A DNA stretch of 59,669 bases, filler included, from Sphacelaria rigidula (taxonomy: Eukaryota), in the NCBI GenBank assembly GCA_964200075.2. It is 9 parts of 9 records of this genome, joined end to end, with 100 filler letters (N's around TTAATTAATTAA, not from the genome) between each part and the next. Parts side by side here need not be neighbours in the genome. Positions count along the whole stretch, not along the records: positions 6,643 to 13,184 come from CAXNAA020019453.1; positions 13,285 to 19,825 come from CAXNAA020019454.1; positions 19,926 to 26,466 come from CAXNAA020019455.1; 6 more parts are not named here. One strand, written 5' to 3'. The first letter of the stretch is position 1, and every line of letters begins with the position of its first letter. A program made the position numbers and the translations under genes. The notes under the pieces were generated by a model that saw only the letters and a program-made list of their open reading frames with translations, had not been told where the DNA came from and did no database searches. Of this stretch, positions 12,009 through 22,727 are shown in pieces.

Positions 12009-12060
12009 CGAGCTGGGCCAGTCTACAAGCGAATATACAGTTTGCAGGCCCATTTGCCGA
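12009..12060 (+). mobile_element. Terminus of another Tc1/mariner-like element with the same TIR
   Basis: TA|CGAGCTGGGCCAG at 12007-12021. No matching second end identified. Confidence 0.55.
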
Positions 12061-12289
12061 CCAATATTTACAGTTGGACCCTAAAAATTGGTATGGACAA
12101 TAAATAAGGCATAAAAAAACAGGGCAATGGCCTGGAAAAAGTACGGGGTACCTTCTCGTTTTTTGCCCAAGAAAAGTACGGAATTTGGCCAGAAACGCGA
12201 AAAGACAGCGATACCTGTGCGACCCCTTTTCCTTGAGGCACTGCGAATCCTAGCGCCTGCATGACCCCGAGCTGGCTCCGTCCCCTCTG

Positions 12290-12712
12290 CATCACTCCTC
12301 TCCAACGCTCTACACGCTACTTCCGTTGCGCGCTTTTGCTCGTCCATAATAGACGGTGGAGTTAGGGCTGGCATGGAGGTAATGGATACTGTCGAAGAGC
12401 CGTGTAACACATCGTATCGTCTTTTGGACACTTGGCGAAGTTCCATACTGTGGTTGGAGTCGTCAGAGTCCTCCCTGTCGTGCACTCCTTGCTCACGGCG
12501 ATTCGGGCTGGGGTCACGTCGAGGCTTTAGCCGACACGGCTGTAGCTGACTGGACTGCGTCGTTTGACCTTGAAGCCTTTGCCGACGAGGCCGCGGTGGA
12601 TGGAGCGGCAGGCTTGGTTGGACGATTGGCCGAGTTGATCTCCGCCGGCTTTCCGGTCTGTTGGCCGGCTTTCTTGTGAGCCGGCTTCTTTCTCGTCATG
12701 GTGGGAAGTCAA
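12290..12712 (-). pseudogene. Putative degenerate gag N-terminus downstream of LTR/PBS
   Basis: Low-complexity K/A/S/P-rich frames (MTRKKPAHKKAGQQ...; ...DEQKRATEVACRALER) begin about 60 bp after the PBS. Called by position only; no diagnostic motif. Confidence 0.4.
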
Positions 12713-12761
12713 GCTCGTTGCTTCTTTTTAATTCTTCGGTCTGCCTTGCGTAAGTTCTCTT

Positions 12762-13113
12762 CTGGTGTCGCCAAATATTGAGAGTATATCGCTCGAGTAA
12801 ACAGAGGTCCACAGGTAAGACTGTCGTTGTCGAAGCCGTCCTGATACTGAAGGAATTCTGAGGCCAGGCGATGGTTTCTTCCTAGATATACGAAAGAAGT
12901 GGGTCAGACGGAAGAGTGGTCCACGTAAGGTGGACCAGTTCCTCGGGGACGGTCGGCCACCGTAATATCAGGCTCGTACTGGCATCAACTTGAGTTGTCT
13001 AGATCATCGGCTGTACAGGGTCCAGGGTAGTTGGATCCTTCCGGATCGTTAATACCCCGTATCTGTATGCGCTTGTTGTCCATACATGTGTGGCATCGAT
13101 CTCTGATGTCTCA
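12762..13113 (-). mobile_element. 5' LTR (12779-13113) and tRNA primer-binding site (12762-12773)
   Basis: 335-bp segment bounded by TGAGA...TCTCA. On the minus strand it is followed after 5 nt by TGGCGACACCAG, a typical PBS beginning TGG. Confidence 0.65.
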
Positions 13114-13184
13114 TTTTTTTTTTTTTTCCCTCACACCTTTGAACCCCTCCCCTTCCTCGGGATGAGTCCGTGGTCTCAAGGGAT
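13114..13184 (-). mobile_element. Poly(A)-tailed retroposon 3' end; related copy at about 16304-16375
   Basis: Both loci read (T)n...TCACAC.TTTGA.CCC.T.CCCTTCCTC...GTCCGT.GTCTC on the plus strand. Confidence 0.55.
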
Positions 13185-13360
13185 NNNNNNNNNNNNNNNN
13201 NNNNNNNNNNNNNNNNNNNNNNNNNNNNTTAATTAATTAANNNNNNNNNNNNNNNNNNNNNNNNNNNNNNNNNNNNNNNNNNNNTCTCAAACGATTTCAT
13301 GCCACCTTTGTTCACGTCTCGCATTTCCCCCTCTAGCACGTCCCGTTCCTCCTTGCCGAT

Positions 13361-13455
13361 GTGTACTCATTTGTTGCTTGCCTTAGTCGTTTGACCATTG
13401 ACCACGCATCCCTTCCGAGACGGAGCACCATTCCTACTCCTGATAGAGACACCTC
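13361..13455 (-). mobile_element. Short retroposon, subfamily B, apparently full length
   Basis: Minus strand GAGGTGTCTCTATCAGGAGTAGGAATGGTGCTCCGTCTCGGAAGGGATGCGTGGTCAATGGTCAAACGACTAAGGCAAGCAACAAATGAGTACAC. Near-identical to 27181-27272. Confidence 0.85.
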
Positions 13456-13678
13456 GAACATTCCGGCGCTTATTAGGTTTCTTCCATACATCATGCAAAA
13501 ACCTTTGGCACACCGATGGGGGAACTTTCTAGAGCCACTTTCTTCACAACAACAATTTCTTAGTGGGCATCGGGGCGAAGAGTTGATTCCAGCCTCCTTT
13601 GTGAAGTGGTATGATTGTGGTCCTTCAGCACGGTCTCGTGCTCAAGGGGATTATACGATCATGGATGCTGACACGTAC

Positions 13679-14478
13679 CTATATTCCGACACGACGTTTC
13701 CAAGGAAGGATGCAGCGGCTACGAACTCCACGCTGCCGCCTTCGTTGTACAGCCCAGCCCCGTTGCCACTACCTCCCAAATTGGTGAGGCTACCGCCGTC
13801 AAAGCGATAGATCCCGGCTAGGTTCGTGTTGTTCTCGAAAACAGCATCACCCTCGAACTGCACGATGATTGGGGAAACACAATAGATGAGCAACTCGCTC
13901 AGGAGACATTTAACGACCTCAGCAAACGACTAAGATACTGAAGCTATGGTACAATATGTATCGCTATCCTCAACAGCTTGCGAAGACAACACCGACCGGC
14001 CTCATCCATCCCCGTCTGTAGAATTGTGTTGGATAACGACAAGCGCCGCTCTCAAACTGGATAATGACACGGGAACAGTAGCATGGAAAACAACGTCGCA
14101 ACTATACGACTCTGCAGCACTAATTATGCCTGGCCTCCTCACCCGAAGGCATACGGCAGGCGCCTGCCCGGGTACGATTCTCGTTACCGTATCTTCTGTT
14201 CCATTTTTTTCATTCCTCTTTGCCCCTCTTTGTTTCCCCTCATGTTCGCGTCACTGCGTCCGCTCCTCTTTTCATTTTTATTCTTGTCTGTTCTATATTT
14301 CGACATCCCCTCAGCGAGGGTATCGCTCATTTCCCTTTGGTACGGCTAGGTTCGTAGCGGAGTAGTTAATGTACGATGATCCGTTAATCAACCATTGAAC
14401 GCGACAAAAAAAAAAGCAAGAGTCGGACGGAAAATGTTTCGTCTGAAGAAAATACCTCACCGCCTGATGAAAAATCTG

Positions 14479-14511
<33 letters not shown>

Positions 14512-17500
14512 GGGCTGCGCCCCGGTCCCGTCCGTCTTTTTCGAGGGTCTCGGTATTCTTGACTTGCCAAGCCCTCGTGAGAATAGATCCTCTCTCGAAA
14601 TGTTCATGCCCGCCGGAAACATTGCAGGACCACAGCGCTCGCGCGTCCCTTCGAACGGTCGCGAACGCATATGTAACCCCGCACAAAGTGAAGTACGAAT
14701 CTGCTAACCGAACCCCTAGCATTGGCATCAGCCCCGAACAGTCATCTCCCGGGGCGGGTGCGGAGGAGCTTGGACACGAAAATCAGCTATGAATCTCGTG
14801 GACGGCTCGTTACAAAGTATGCTTGACGCTCGTGAGTTCGAAATATTCTATATAAATATATACTATATATATTGTAGAATTTGTGTACTTTCGAAAACAA
14901 CTCCAACATCCACCTGCACAACGGAAAAATCCAAATATTGATTAAATGAGACGCGGGGAGCGTCAAGGTGTGTCTGTGTAACTGTGCATATTCCGCTTAT
15001 AATCGAGGAGACGACATTTTCTCCTTCCTTTCCATCTCACCGTCAGTTTGCCCTGGTTGTAGAGCGCCGCATTCTGGTTCAGCACGGTTCAAAGGAAGCG
15101 CGGTCCACGCGTTCCAAAGGTAAATAAGCAAATTCAAATGCGTCGAACGTCGAATGTTGCAGCACGGCGGACGAACGCAAACGGGTCGAGGAAAAGAATA
15201 AACGGGAAATACTCAGTCACTTGAGTAAGATAGCTTGAGAGCATCCGGTATGTGGGGAAAGATGGAAAGGGGAAAAACCAAGAATATGCGGACGAAAACC
15301 CGTCGAGAAGCGAAGATGCGGGATATGGCTCAAAAACGATAAAAACGGTGTCTCGAAATGAAAAGGAGACATCCCGGTGTGAACCGGTAGTCCGAGAATG
15401 AAGCAATAAAGCTCGACGATAAAAGAGCAAGTACAGTGAGCTGAAAAAGAAAACAGTATCTTTGGTTCGAGTTTTCCCCGTCGGATGGATCAACACACCA
15501 AAAGAAATGTCATGCTTGCACCTGTGCTTCCCCAAACAAGACACGGACGTTGACATAATACGCGCTACGGAGAAAATAACCTCGTGGGTCTGCAGTCTGT
15601 CTCACACCAAAGAACGTCTCACATCTGTGTTGTCTGCGAAGGTGGCGGTCTTCTCGAAGACGAGGGTGCCGTAGTTCTCGATGGGCCCTCCCTTGGTCCC
15701 ATTGGTGTATTCGTCATCCGACAACTCTCCCGGGTTATCCTGCGCCGTCGCAGAACGACCAACACATGAGAAACCGGAGTTTTTTTTCACACGGAAATCG
15801 AGCCCGTTCAAAATCAGAGCGTTCCGGCCGTTAGGTCGCGTCATACGGTGAACAAAAAAAGCGGTTATTGAGAACTGCCTTCTTGGAGCTTCTGCGTCGT
15901 TTGACGCCCTAAAAGGGAACTAGGGGGAATTTGACACCTTGGAATTCCTTACTATATTCGTGGGGACGGTTCCAGACGCTTCCGCGTCTTCCGGTGGCCG
16001 TAGTTAGTATTTTGGCCGAACGTTCATTTTTCTTGGGAGACCGGTCATTTTTCCCAGAGACCGGTCAACTCCAGAAAGCTTCCTCTAGCCGCTTAGCCCT
16101 CTCTTCTTGGGACGTGAAATGGCGCAGGAGGTCCAAACAAGTAGTTTTCCGGGTTGTATATTTTTGTTGGCATTGGAAAGCAGCCTGAAATGTGTATTAG
16201 ATATATCATAAAAAAACAAAACATATAACAGCAAGGAAAGTATTGCAGGCGAAAACACCAGCAAGAGGATCCACGCCCACTCAAATCCGGGGGGATATGG
16301 ATGTTTTTTTTTCTTTTTCGTCACACTTTGAGCCCGTTCCCTTCCTCCGTACAAGTACGGGTCCGTCGTCTCGGTGGACCAAGCGCTCCCTGTCCCGAGA
16401 TGTAGACGATAAGTTGTGAGGGAATCGAATATCCCTTGTCATGAGCTTTCATGGGCGTTCAACGGGGTATTTGTTTCTGCAATAATCAACATTACATCGC
16501 AACAGAGAGAAGTATCTGGGGGAAGGAGGCAGCCGAGCCATACTCCATGAACTCGGACACATCGGCACCGGAAGAGGCTACACGTTTGACAGCCCTGCTT
16601 GCAGCGAAAGAACAACAGGCACGAAGATAAATCACGACTCTCATCAGCATCTCACAGTCGAGTTGTCGTCTTAGCACACCGTACTCAGTTTTCAATTTCT
16701 GGGTGGCTCACAAGCAATAAACTTTATTTTCATGAGCGGGTGTGGCCAATCCATGTGGTTATCAGAGTCTTTGAGCTCGGCGTGGGTTTTCAGTACAGTC
16801 ACAACACGTACATGTAGCAAAATGTCGACGAAAAAAACCGTGTACATACTACTGGTTCAGCTGCTCAATTTGGGAATTCGCAAAAAACAAAACTCTTACA
16901 CTTTTGTGGTCGGAAATAACCGACGTAACTGTACTGTATCTGACTTCACAATGACCCCCCTCCCCCCCCCGCCCCCGAAGAGATTTTCATGTCCTTCAAA
17001 AACATGGCACCGTCGAAGAACGGGGACGAGATCCCGATGCACCCCGGAGTTCAAACTGCTGCATCATCACTTGTTGGGGTGGCTTTTGTGCGCTTGAATC
17101 TCGGCAGAAGGGTGTGCTTTCTGGTTTCCGCCGTCGGGACGTGAGAATGAGAGTTGGCGAGTATGATCAGACTCGATGAAAGTAAACTGAATTGCATGGA
17201 CCGCGACTGCTTCAAACACCTTATTCCATCACGCAGCAAAAGTCTCGTGATCGTTGAGAAGCCTCACCATCGAAATTAAATGCTGCTATTGCGAAATCGT
17301 CAGGACTGAGCATGAGAGGCTTGCCATAACATTTTTGCGCACGACCGCGGTGGATGATGGCAAATCGTATCCAAGAGCTTTCTTCTGCCTTGTGACAACC
17401 TTCCACCGCCTTATTGACGTTGCAGAGGCCGATCTTCTCTATTTGTTTTGTATTTGCTTGTTGTTTGTTTGTTTGTTTGTTTTTCAGACTACTTATTTCG

Positions 17501-18034
17501 TCTGTTTTACCTTTATGTTTTCTTACTCTCCTTCAGCGGCTGTTCCCATGCTGTTTTTCTCAGGTAGGTCTATCATGTAACCACGGCTGGATCATGACTC
17601 CTGGGAGATCAGTGAGCGTGCGACAATCAATCAAAAACAACCATTCATTGAGCAAACTGGAAACCTTTCGTGCAACAGTTGCTCATCGCCGTGGGGCACG
17701 GACCTCTCTCCCCCCCGATTTCGGGGTCAAACTGCATCAAAATATCGTAGATGCGTGTTTGGGGGTTTTGTATTCATAAACTTCTTGCAATCGTTTGTTC
17801 ATCGCCACGGTCAAAACAAGCAATGCGATTTTCGCGCGACGACCACATTGTCTATACTCGGTGGAATTGTGACTCAAACCCACTCTACTGTGATCCGTAG
17901 AAAGCATGTCATGTGCTGCCGTTTTTATGGTTGCGACGAAAGTCTCACCGGATAGTCATCGCTGTAAATGCCTTGGAAGGTGACGTCTTCTTTGAAGGTT
18001 GCTTTGGAATCGACGCCCACGAGCAACGCAGACC
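13679..18034 (-). CDS. Partial spliced gene: polymorphic outer membrane protein (Pmp)/adhesin-like repeat protein
   Basis: Phase-consistent GT-AG exons 18034-17949, 15739-15623, 15073-15041 and 13857-13679 give GSALLVGVDSKATFKEDVTFQGIYSDDYP|DNPGELSDDEYTNGTKGGPIENYGTLVFEKTATFADNTD|NAALYNQGKLT|FEGDAVFENNTNL...GGSGNGAGLYNEGGSVEFVAAASFLGNVVSEY. Contains repeated GG[A/P]x and FxxN motifs. Confidence 0.8.
14512..14848. mobile_element. About 340-bp insertion flanked on both sides by (TA)n
   Basis: GC-balanced block between (TA)n at 14479-14511 and a TA-rich run at 14849-14872, inside an intron of the Pmp-like gene. Confidence 0.45.
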
Positions 18035-18150
18035 CTGGCACAAGCTGAGCACACAAGTCATGTTCCATTTCCATGTGCAGAAAAAACCAACAGCACAAGA
18101 GCCAAAGCGATATAAGAGTGAAGATCCCTCCGCCCCCCCAGTGCACGCGA

Positions 18151-18226
18151 CGTTCCTCCGTCTCCAAAGGAATGCGTGGTCAATGGTCAAACGACTGAGG
18201 CAAGCAATAAATGAGTAAGCCTTACC
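18151..18226 (+). mobile_element. 5'-truncated short retroposon, subfamily B, with TSD
   Basis: CTCCGTCTCCAAAGGAATGCGTGGTCAATGGTCAAACGACTGAGGCAAGCAATAAATGAGTA. Flanked by CCCCCCC(T)AGTGCACGCG at 18133-18149 and 18227-18244. Confidence 0.85.
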
Positions 18227-18978
18227 CCCCCCCTAGTGCACGCGCGCGCAAACAACCGTGGGGAAAATCATTACAAACATACGCGAGGCCAAAGCAGGGA
18301 GAAAATGAAGGGCGAACGAATGGAAAAGTAATGGCGCGAGAGTGTCGATTTTGAGCGGCACAAGAATCATCTTCATGACACGTGATGAAAAAAAGTGCCT
18401 ATTACTACGTGCAAGGTGTAGTGGTGACCACTAAATAGTGTCTGCAGTCTTTCTACTCTATACACCAACTTTTGATACACAGAACGAGCATCTCTCTCCC
18501 CTAGGAAATTTCCTCACCAAAATGCTGACAGCATGCGCACCCTTGCTTGGAACAAGGTGATGGCACCATGTGATCTGATATTTCAAAGTTTAATGCGTAC
18601 CCTTACCATTACATTAGGTTTACACCTCATGTCTGTTCTACTGTACAGTAGCCACATAATGAATCACCCCCCTACTACAGTACCCGGCCTGGAAGTATTC
18701 CAAGCTTGATGTTCTTATGAAATCACAGCGGCTACCTTGCCGAAAGTCACGCGTCGTCGGAGAGACATCTCGTCGGGATCATTTAGCAAGCGCTACCCTG
18801 TGGCAGCACGGGGTGCTTCGGAATACCTAGTGGAAAGCATCGACGTTCAAATCTTAAATCTTTCTGCATCATTCGAGGATGGTATTCCCCGCCACCTACG
18901 CTTCGCAGCACTCCACTTCACACCTCATCTTCTTGGTGTACAGTACACCGTTATCCATGCTGTGCTGGAGGCGGTGTC

Positions 18979-19297
18979 AAACAGCTGTAGAGAATTCAAA
19001 ATTAGGCTGTTCTTTTGCACACCCATACAACACGGTAACGACTGGTTCGACTCCAACGAGGCCACCTACAGGACTTTGAAGCAAACTTTCTGCGTGCCTT
19101 CCCGTCCCCATGCACATAGTTTCATGTTACCAGCTATGCAAACAGCTATAGAGAGTTCAAAATTAGGCTGTTCTTTTGCACACACATACAACACGGTAAC
19201 GACTGGTTCGACTCCAACGAGGCCACCTACAGGACATTGAAGCAAACTTTCTGCGTGCCTTCCCGTCCCCATACACATAGTTTCATGTTGCCAGCTA
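18979..19297 (+). repeat. Tandem duplication, 2 x about 161 bp
   Basis: AAACAGCT.TAGAGA.TTCAAAATTAGGCTG... at 18979 and 19140, near-identical. Confidence 0.95.
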
Positions 19298-19496
19298 CGC
19301 AGACGCCGAATTTTGCTAAACTCCAGCGATTGCACTTTGCAAGCTAGCAGGTCTACCCTCCACCCCCCCCTCCCCCAGTTGCTGTAGTGGCTGTGTCTGG
19401 AGATGGCAATATCACAAAATGAAGCAACCCATTGGAGGCTGTCGTCCAAATTCAAGATAATCGGTTGGCTTCGGGCCGAACAATCTTGGCAGGACA

Positions 19497-19623
19497 CAGC
19501 CTGGTCCGGCGAAAACCCGGTGTGCTCCGTCCCGGCTCTGTATGGGGGGGCGTACTCTGTATGGGTGCGAGGTCAATGGTCATATGACTACAGCATGCAT
19601 GATCATGAGTACCCCCCCCCCCC
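19497..19623 (+). mobile_element. Short retroposon, subfamily A, ending in a C-run
   Basis: CAGCCTGGTCCGGCGAAAACCCGGTGTGCTCCGTCCCGGCTCTGTATGGG...TGCGAGGTCAATGGTCATATGACTACAGCATGCATGATCATGAGTA(C)12. Confidence 0.8.
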
Positions 19624-20084
19624 TTATCCCCGATATGGTGAGACACCCTTGAGGCAGTGTATAAGCCATGGCTGTCTCTGGAAGGGGTGAAAGCAACCCA
19701 TTAGAGACCGTCATCCACATGCAAGATAATTAATTTGCTTCGGGACGAACAGTCCTTGCAGCTCGCCCTTCATGCGACTCGCCGAACACACCACGGCGCT
19801 TCGCGCTTGGTGACTGAGTGCGAGCNNNNNNNNNNNNNNNNNNNNNNNNNNNNNNNNNNNNNNNNNNNNTTAATTAATTAANNNNNNNNNNNNNNNNNNN
19901 NNNNNNNNNNNNNNNNNNNNNNNNNCTTGAGGTTCTCCCATGACGCACAACATGATCTAGCTCGACTACCATCATGGTTACCGCAAAAAAACGCAAGCGC
20001 GCAAAAATCGGTAACCTGGTTGCCTAGCCTACGCAGTGAGTAGCGTGTTTGACAGCGTCATCGCCAACCGACGCCAAGCCCATC

Positions 20085-20143
20085 GGGGGTCCGCCCCTAC
20101 AAAGCCGGGACGTAGCCCGCCGGGCTCTCGACGGGCCAGGCTG
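20085..20143 (-). mobile_element. 5' part of subfamily A element
   Basis: Minus strand CAGCCTGGCCCGTCGAGAGCCCGGCGGGCTACGTCCCGGCTTTGTAGGGG. Same 5' start as 19497 and overlaps the end of the 26401-26466 copy. Confidence 0.7.
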
Positions 20144-20370
20144 AGGGGACGGAGGGGGGCAAGACATCCAACGGTGTCAATCAAACACTACCAGCACGCG
20201 AAAGCGTGCCGACGAACCGGTCCGACCGAAACCCCTGCAACTGGCACTACATGGCATTCTTTATGTAGTCATATGACACTATTGGCAAGAATCAACTGCT
20301 GTGCCCTGTTGTTTCATTTGTAATTAATGCGGTGGCAACGGCACGCGCGTGTGTACGATCACCCACCTAC

Positions 20371-22727
20371 CTCGCTTTTCCTCGCGAGCGTGATCACGCT
20401 CTCGACAGCTTCAAGCCTGCGCTCCAGAACGTTCTCCGCTACCAAGCCTGCAGATCGACGATACGAGAGCAAACCAACAAGTTCCCGCATACATCCATGA
20501 GGTCATCCAAGTCGCCTCATCGACTATTGAAGCGCAAAGGTCGGCTATATCGGTGCCGAGAAGTATTTTATGGATGTTTCTTGATCACACAGATACGATG
20601 CCGCCGCAACTGCCGAAAGTTGGGATCCTAAGTTAGCACTGCTCTACCAAATATCCAACGTTGGTTAAGGTAGGGTACGTTCCTAGAGGTATTCATCTGG
20701 AACATTACGGTATTCCCGAGTACCTAGTACTCCCAGGTTAACCAGGGTATCAAGTGTCGGAAATACTTATGTTCCCAGGGTATCGACACCCCGAAACACC
20801 CTACTCTGTACCATACCCTAACCACCAAATATCACTTGTTCATGTCTCCAACACCAAAGCTACCGACCAAGTGGAGGGAGACGCGGGAGGAGGCATGTCA
20901 CAACACGAAAGAAAGGGCGTTCCACACACAGTCCGAGTACGCCATAAAAGGCTCAAGCAAACGCCCAGGTGGTGCATATCTAGGGGGTTTACAGTAACAA
21001 AGCTATCGACTACCTTCGCTGTCATTTCATCCACCCGTACCCATGGGAGAAAGAGGAGTTCTCACATGATGTTCCCGTGACAAGACATATTGCCATCGAT
21101 AACCCGCGAAAGAACCAACGGTTTGAGTTTGCAACACACCCCTGGTGACTCTTACCGTGAGTCGACGCATCGTCTTCATCCACATCCTGAGAAGATTCTT
21201 TGGAGAAATTCCCCGAACGATCCTTGGAATGCGCTTCGTCCTTTCCTGCCTCTCCTGCATCATCCTCCACGACCCCTTCCCGTCCACCAACCCCAGCCTC
21301 CCCTGACTCTGGGGGAGGAATTGGCGATTTGTTTCCTCCATGGTACGGCGATTTTATGCCCCGTAACGGGGACGACATTCCTGTGTCCCCTCCACCGGAC
21401 GGTGTGCTCGCCATGAAAAACGCCTCGAGCGGCCCTGCAGCCCCGGCCGACGCCGCGCACAGGCGACAATCACAGTCGAACCCGAACTGCTCCTTGAGGC
21501 GTTTTTGGCGCGACGGCCGAGCAATCTCCCGAGGTTCCAAGTAGGATATGCTGTACGTTGATCACCATCCAGACGGTGATGTAAAACATGCGTGCGGTAC
21601 AAATCAGGGAAAACGGGACAGACCACCACCCCGACATCACGCTAGACTAGATCAGACAAGATCTACGGGAGCACACACTAAACAATCAAACTCCTGTCTG
21701 TCCCCGAGGGATACGAACGGTAGTGAAAGCTCACGCGTACCTGAACCTCCAAACACGCAAATAATTTCGCCGCAGATTCAAAGCCATACCGCAACACTTC
21801 AAGCTCAAACAAATTTTGCACTTGCTGCAGGTACACGTCAATATCACTCCAATTGTGCCCCGATATCTACGTACAACGCGACCATCAGCATCAGCCGAGT
21901 GCTGGCTCCCTTAGATAGGGGCCACAGCTGTCACCGAACAACTCTGTCTGCGTTAGCAGAGCGGCTGCTGACTTACGTGATTTCTTCACCAACACGAATC
22001 ATCTCTGTAGCTCTGATTTCGCTCACAAGCTCTTCGCCATCCTCTCCTCCGTCCGAGGCCCTGTCGCCACTAATACCTGCACGACGAATAGCCCCTGGCT
22101 CCACGCCGTTTCGACCGCTATGTTGGCGCGCTCTCTTACCCTGCCACTTGATCGCGTTAGGTCTGCAAAATGACATGACAACAAGTAGGGAAGTAGGAAG
22201 GGGCGTCGGCCGGCAGCACAAGCATTCGTGAAAGCACGGAGAAACTGTTATCGGTAGCTGATGGTGGATGTGTCTTTGAGCGATCGACGAATCGGGTACA
22301 GGTGTCGGCGATTAATGTTGCCGCGGTTGTGCTATCGCAGCTTACCCCCCTGCCGTTCTATCACGGCTGGCCAACTGGCAATGATAGACACACATGACGA
22401 GAATTTTTTCAGATTAGGCCACGCACGATAAACAAAAACCGCACAATCACCACGCAACAACAGAACAACCTCTACATACTGCAAGCAAAATGCATATACA
22501 CGAATATCGTGTGGAATCTCCGTGAATACAAGCACACTCTGGGCAATTTCGCATGGTCATACCTGCAGCTGTGATTTGTCATTGCGGGATGCAAATATAT
22601 CCCGCTGGCAAAGCCGTTGCTCTGCAAGGCTCCGAAGAGGCGGACAATCCCACGTACGTCCAATCCGGTCTCCGAAGATGCCTCCGACCCCAGCGCGGTG
22701 ATCATGTCCTTCGCCGTCTGCTCGTAC
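20371..22727 (-). CDS. Partial spliced gene: SET-domain lysine methyltransferase (SMYD-like)
   Basis: Phase-consistent exons 22727-22563, 22162-21977, 21550-21156 and 20447-20371. Motifs: GALQSNGFASGIYLHPAMTNHSCR|PN, EIRATEMIRVGEEIT|ISYL, RQKRLKEQFGFDCDCRLC (post-SET CxCxxC). Confidence 0.92.
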
